A program made the translations under genes and the position numbers. 64,000 nucleotides of DNA from the NCBI GenBank assembly GCA_963849495.1, contig CAWKHN010000009.1, positions 20,164 to 84,163 on the forward strand. The letters are read 5' to 3'. The notes below the pieces were generated by a model, which was given only the letters and a program-made list of their open reading frames with translations, did not search any database and had not been told where the DNA came from. Source of the stretch: an uncultured Chloroflexia bacterium (GTDB lineage Bacteria > Chloroflexota > Limnocylindria > Limnocylindrales > CSP1-4). This document shows positions 58,053 to 64,000 of this stretch, piece after piece. How positions within the stretch are numbered: the first letter of the stretch is position 1; every line of letters begins with the position of its first letter.

Positions 58053-60623
58053 GTGACCGACGACCTGGGCGAAGTCCGCGCGATCCGCATCGAGGACGAG
58101 ATGCAGACCTCGTACCTCGATTACGCGATGAGCGTCATCGTCGCTCGTGCGCTGCCGGACGTCCGTGACGGCCTCAAGCCGGTGCACCGGCGGATCCTGT
58201 ACACGATGGGCGAGATGGGGCTGTCCGCCACCAGCTCGTTCCGGAAGTGCGCCGCGATCGTCGGCGAGGTCATGGGCAAGTACCACCCGCACGGCGACGT
58301 CGCTCTGTACGACGCGCTCGTCCGGCTGGCCCAGGACTTCTCCATGCGCTACCCGCTCGTGGACGGGCAGGGCAACTTCGGCTCGGTGGACGGAGACTCC
58401 GCGGCCGCGATGCGGTACACCGAGGCCCGGCTGACGGCCATCTCCGCGGAGATGCTCGCCGACATCGACAAGGACACCGTCGACTACGTCGACAACTACG
58501 ACGGCACGCAGAAGGAGCCGTCGGTCCTGCCCGCGAGGCTGCCCAACCTGCTGATCAACGGGTCCTCGGGGATCGCGGTGGGCATGGCGACCAACATTCC
58601 GCCGCACCACCTGGGCGAGATCGTGGACGCCGCGATCGGCCTCATCGACGACCCGAGCGTGACCAACGACGACCTCTGCCGGTTCGTGAAGGGCCCGGAC
58701 TTCCCGACCGGCGCCTCGATCTTCCGTTTCGAGACGCGGCGCAACCCGCTCACCGGTGAGCAGGAGACGATCGACGCGATCCGCGAGATGTACGCGCACG
58801 GCCACGGCCGCGTCGTCGTCCGCGCGCAGGTGGCGTTCGAAGAGACGCGTCTCGACCGGACGGCGATCGTCGTCACCGAGCTGCCGTACCAGGTGAACAA
58901 GGCGACGCTGCTCGAGAAGATCGCGGACCTGGTCAAGGACAAGCGGATCGACGGGATCGCGGACCTGCGCGACGAGTCGGACCGCGACGGGATGCGCATC
59001 TATATCGAGATCAAGCGCGACGCCAACCCGCACAAGGTGCTGAACAACCTGTTCAAGCACACCGCGCTCCAGACGGCGTTCAACCTGAACATGCTCGCGC
59101 TCGTCGACGGGCAGCCGCAGACGCTGTCGCTCAAGAGCGTCCTGAGCCACTACATCGACCACCGGCGCGAGATCGTCCGTCGCCGGACCGAGTACGACCT
59201 CGAGAAGGCACGCGCCCGGGCGCACATCCTCGAAGGGCTCAAGATCGCGCTCGACAACCTGGACGCGGTCATCAAGACCATCCGCGAATCGGCCGACGTC
59301 GAGGCGGCGCGCAACAACCTCATGAGCCGCTTCGGGCTGTCGGAGCTGCAGGCGCAGGCCATCCTCGACATGCGTCTCGCCCGCCTTGCCGCCCTCGAGC
59401 GCCAGAAGATCGAGGATGAGTACCTGGCCATCATCCAGCTCATCGCGGAGCTGGAGGACATCCTCGCCAACCCCGCCCGCGTGCTGTCGATCATCAAGGA
59501 CGAGCTGACGGGGCTCAAGCGCAAGTACGCCGGCGAACGCCGCACCCGTGTCGTCGAGGACTCCAACCGCGAGCTGACCGACGAGGACCTGATCGCCGAC
59601 GAGGACGTCGTGGTCACGATCAGCCGTCGCGGCTACATCAAGCGGCAGCCGGTCGCAACCTATCGTCGTCAGCATCGCGGCGGGCGGGGGATCATCGGCC
59701 ACGTCACGCGCGAGGAGGACGCGATCGAGCACCTCCTGGCCGCGAACACGCACGACTGGGCCCTGTTCTTCACCAACCGCGGTCGCGTGTTCTCGGCCAA
59801 GGTCCACGCGATCCCCGACGCCTCCCGCCAGGCGAAGGGCATGGCGATCATCAACCTGCCGGGTGTCCAGGTCGAATCCGGCGAGGTCCCGATGGCGACC
59901 ATCTGCCTGCCCAACTTCGAGCCCGGGCACTACCTGGTGATGGCGACGCGGAACGGGATCATCAAGAAGTCACCGCTCGAGCAGTTCGAGCGCGTCCGCT
60001 CCACGGGCATCCGCGCGATCACGATCAACGACGACGACGAGCTCGCCTGGGTCGGCGTGTCGAGCGGCGAGGATGACGTGATCATCGCCACGGCGCAGGG
60101 CATGCTCGCTCGCTTCTCCGAGCGGGAGGTGCGCCCGATGGGCCGCGACGCCGCGGGTGTGATCGGCATCCGGCTGGCACGCCTGGGGGACGCCGTGGTC
60201 TCGATGAGCGTGGTCGAACCGGACGCCGACCTGCTCGTCCTGTCCGAGACCGGCTACGGCAAGCGCGTCCCGATCACGGAGTTCCGGCTCAAGCATCGCG
60301 GCGGACAGGGAGTCCGCCTGATCGCGCTGGAGGGACGCAAGACGGGCCTCGTCGCAGCCGTCCAGCAGGTGACGCCGGAGGACGAGGAGCTGCTGCTGAT
60401 CTCCGCGCACGGGCAGGTCATCCGGACGGAGACCAACACCATCAATCGCTATTCGGCGGCCGCCCGCGGCGTGATCGTGATGCGCCTCGCCGAGGGCGAT
60501 CGGGTCGTGGCAATCGCCGCGTTCAGGCCGGGGCTGGCGGAGCGTGGTGCGATCGGCGACAATGACGACCCCCAGCCCGATGGTGACGCACCGGAGGACT
60601 CGGACCAGGGTCGCTCCTCTTGA
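58053..60623 (+). CDS. gyrA: DNA gyrase subunit A
   Basis: [24 protein letters not shown], GyrA-box QHRGGRG, beta-pinwheel repeats and acidic tail. Confidence 0.98.
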   Translation: MTDDLGEVRAIRIEDEMQTSYLDYAMSVIVARALPDVRDGLKPVHRRILYTMGEMGLSATSSFRKCAAIVGEVMGKYHPHGDVALYDALVRLAQDFSMRYPLVDGQGNFGSVDGDSAAAMRYTEARLTAISAEMLADIDKDTVDYVDNYDGTQKEPSVLPARLPNLLINGSSGIAVGMATNIPPHHLGEIVDAAIGLIDDPSVTNDDLCRFVKGPDFPTGASIFRFETRRNPLTGEQETIDAIREMYAHGHGRVVVRAQVAFEETRLDRTAIVVTELPYQVNKATLLEKIADLVKDKRIDGIADLRDESDRDGMRIYIEIKRDANPHKVLNNLFKHTALQTAFNLNMLALVDGQPQTLSLKSVLSHYIDHRREIVRRRTEYDLEKARARAHILEGLKIALDNLDAVIKTIRESADVEAARNNLMSRFGLSELQAQAILDMRLARLAALERQKIEDEYLAIIQLIAELEDILANPARVLSIIKDELTGLKRKYAGERRTRVVEDSNRELTDEDLIADEDVVVTISRRGYIKRQPVATYRRQHRGGRGIIGHVTREEDAIEHLLAANTHDWALFFTNRGRVFSAKVHAIPDASRQAKGMAIINLPGVQVESGEVPMATICLPNFEPGHYLVMATRNGIIKKSPLEQFERVRSTGIRAITINDDDELAWVGVSSGEDDVIIATAQGMLARFSEREVRPMGRDAAGVIGIRLARLGDAVVSMSVVEPDADLLVLSETGYGKRVPITEFRLKHRGGQGVRLIALEGRKTGLVAAVQQVTPEDEELLLISAHGQVIRTETNTINRYSAAARGVIVMRLAEGDRVVAIAAFRPGLAERGAIGDNDDPQPDGDAPEDSDQGRSS

Positions 60624-61741
60624 CCGCCTTCGGCGCACGTGAGGCAGGCGTGTACGCGGACCAGTACGAGATCTACCACGGCAACGCCAACCCGGAGCTG
60701 GCGCGCAAGATCGCGCACTGGCTGGGCAGCGAGCCGGGTCAGGCCGAGGTCTTCCAGTTCGCCAACGAGAACATCTTCGTCCGGATCCTGGACAACGTCC
60801 GCGAGAAGGACGTGTTCGTCGTCCAGCCCACGTCCCGCCCGGTCAACCAGTCGATCATGGAGCTGCTGATCATGATCGACGCCTTCAAGCGGGCGTCCGC
60901 CGGCCGGATCACCGCGGTGGTCCCGTACTACGCCTACGGCCGATCCGACAAGAAGGACCAGCCGCGGGTACCGATCACCGCCCGTCTTGTCGCGGACATG
61001 ATCTCCGTGGCCGGCGCGGACCGGATGCTGACGATGGACCTGCACCAGGGCCAGATCCAGGGGTTCTTCAACATCCCCGTGGACGAGCTGACGGCAGTGC
61101 ACATGCTGTCGCGCTACTTCGTCGAGAAGCATCTCGACGAGTGCGTGGTCGTCACGGACCTCGGCTTTGCCAAGCGGGCGCGGGCGTTCGCAGAGCTCGT
61201 GGATGCCCCGCTGGCGATCGTCGAGAAGCGGCGATACGGAAACCTCGACCGGGCCGAGGTCACGAACGTCATCGGTGACGTACGCGGTCGCCGCGCGATC
61301 ATCGTGGACGACGAGATCGACACCGCGGGCACGCTGATCGAGATCACGCGCGCTCTCGAGCGCGAGGGCGTGACGGAGATCTATGCCTGCGCGACCCACG
61401 GCGTGCTGTCCGATCCGGCCATGGAGCGGATCGCGAACTCCGACCTGCTGGAGGTCGTGATCACCGACACGATCGCCCTGCCGCCCGCGAAGCATCTGCC
61501 CAAGCTCAAGGTTCTCTCGGTTGCTCCGCTCATCGGCGAGGCCATCAAGCGGATCCACCGCGGTGAATCGGTGGGCGCGCTGTTCTCCTCCGAGGTCTCG
61601 TTCACCCAGGAGATGCTCCTGTGGGAGGACGGCCTGGACAACGGAGGCAGCCATGTCGGCGGCGGCCACGGGGGCGAGGGCGACGAGCCGGCCGGCGAAG
61701 ACGACGTACCATCGGCGATGACCGCACCCGCCGGCTCGTAG
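60620..61741 (+). CDS. prs: Ribose-phosphate pyrophosphokinase
   Basis: [32 protein letters not shown] and HGVLS; TTG start overlaps the gyrA stop. Confidence 0.96.
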   Translation: MTAFGAREAGVYADQYEIYHGNANPELARKIAHWLGSEPGQAEVFQFANENIFVRILDNVREKDVFVVQPTSRPVNQSIMELLIMIDAFKRASAGRITAVVPYYAYGRSDKKDQPRVPITARLVADMISVAGADRMLTMDLHQGQIQGFFNIPVDELTAVHMLSRYFVEKHLDECVVVTDLGFAKRARAFAELVDAPLAIVEKRRYGNLDRAEVTNVIGDVRGRRAIIVDDEIDTAGTLIEITRALEREGVTEIYACATHGVLSDPAMERIANSDLLEVVITDTIALPPAKHLPKLKVLSVAPLIGEAIKRIHRGESVGALFSSEVSFTQEMLLWEDGLDNGGSHVGGGHGGEGDEPAGEDDVPSAMTAPAGS

Positions 61742-61762
61742 CCGGCCACCACTCGGAGACCC

Positions 61763-62014
61763 ATGAGCCTGCAGCTGCATCGCCCGGACGGCAAGGGCGG
61801 ACTCGAGATCCGGCCCGTCACGGACCAGAATTGGCGCAACCAGCTCCGCTCCTCGCGCTGGGGCGCGGGCCTCAAGGGTGGCAGGCTGCCGGACCTGGCC
61901 AACCCCGAGATGAACCCGACCTCGACCCGTGCGTCGGTCCTGTTCTGGCTCGTTCTCGGCGTGATCACCTTCCTGTTGGTCGTCGTCGGATACGGAACGG
62001 GCTTCTGGGCCTAG
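61763..62014 (+). CDS. Small hypothetical membrane protein
   Basis: GGAG SD before the ATG; single C-terminal TM helix. Confidence 0.65.
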   Translation: MSLQLHRPDGKGGLEIRPVTDQNWRNQLRSSRWGAGLKGGRLPDLANPEMNPTSTRASVLFWLVLGVITFLLVVVGYGTGFWA

Positions 62015-62232
62015 GGGGGGCCGTCCGGCGTCGGAGGCCACGACGCGCCCGGCCCGCGTCTCGAAGCGCCGTCCGGGAGACGCCTGCGCTGAGCCCGCCT
62101 GCGCTTTCGGCGACGCCGCGCGGGTAGCCGATCCTCCGGCCGCGCCGAGTGAACGGATCGCCGGTCGTGGCCCTCACGGCCCGTGCCCCTGCAGCCGGGA
62201 GCCACCGCCGTCCACCCTATACTCAGCCGGCC

Positions 62233-64000
<1,768 letters not shown>

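Overview
High-GC (roughly 70%) bacterial chromosomal segment. Gene content and protein style (Ala/Ser/Pro-rich lipoprotein linkers, SecA inserts) suggest Chloroflexota, possibly Limnocylindria; this is inference. The window is densely coding, and I found no tRNA/rRNA, IS element, prophage or CRISPR array. Most long ORFs in the supplied track are antisense or shifted-frame shadows. The first ~40 kb is mixed metabolism and envelope: prolyl oligopeptidase (partial), ArsR-SRPBCC, two LCP proteins, a Bax inhibitor-1/PduO/SufT/DUF433 run, pabB-pabC, DmpA, rhodanese, kamA, MMPL plus AttH-like lipoprotein, VKOR-DsbA, a Fur-family-regulated Zn/Mn ABC operon, an ApbE flavinylation cluster and an SdpR-SdpI-ABC module. 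The last ~24 kb is core housekeeping: rplU-rpmA-rpmE, mreD-mrdA-rodA, parS, parA-parB-gyrB-(2 genes)-gyrA-prs and secA (partial). Best leads: (1) a heme-b membrane reductase + two coiled-coil proteins + ApbE operon whose only visible FMN-acceptor motif is a C-terminal TGAS on an uncharacterised coiled-coil protein; (2) a stand-alone phycobiliprotein-fold-like protein lacking the bilin Cys; (3) an SdpR/SdpI module with a PLDc_N-ABC fusion, tandem operators and a non-canonical start; (4) a rearranged origin-type gene neighbourhood with parS and mreD lacking mreBC; (5) pervasive apparent leaderless promoters.
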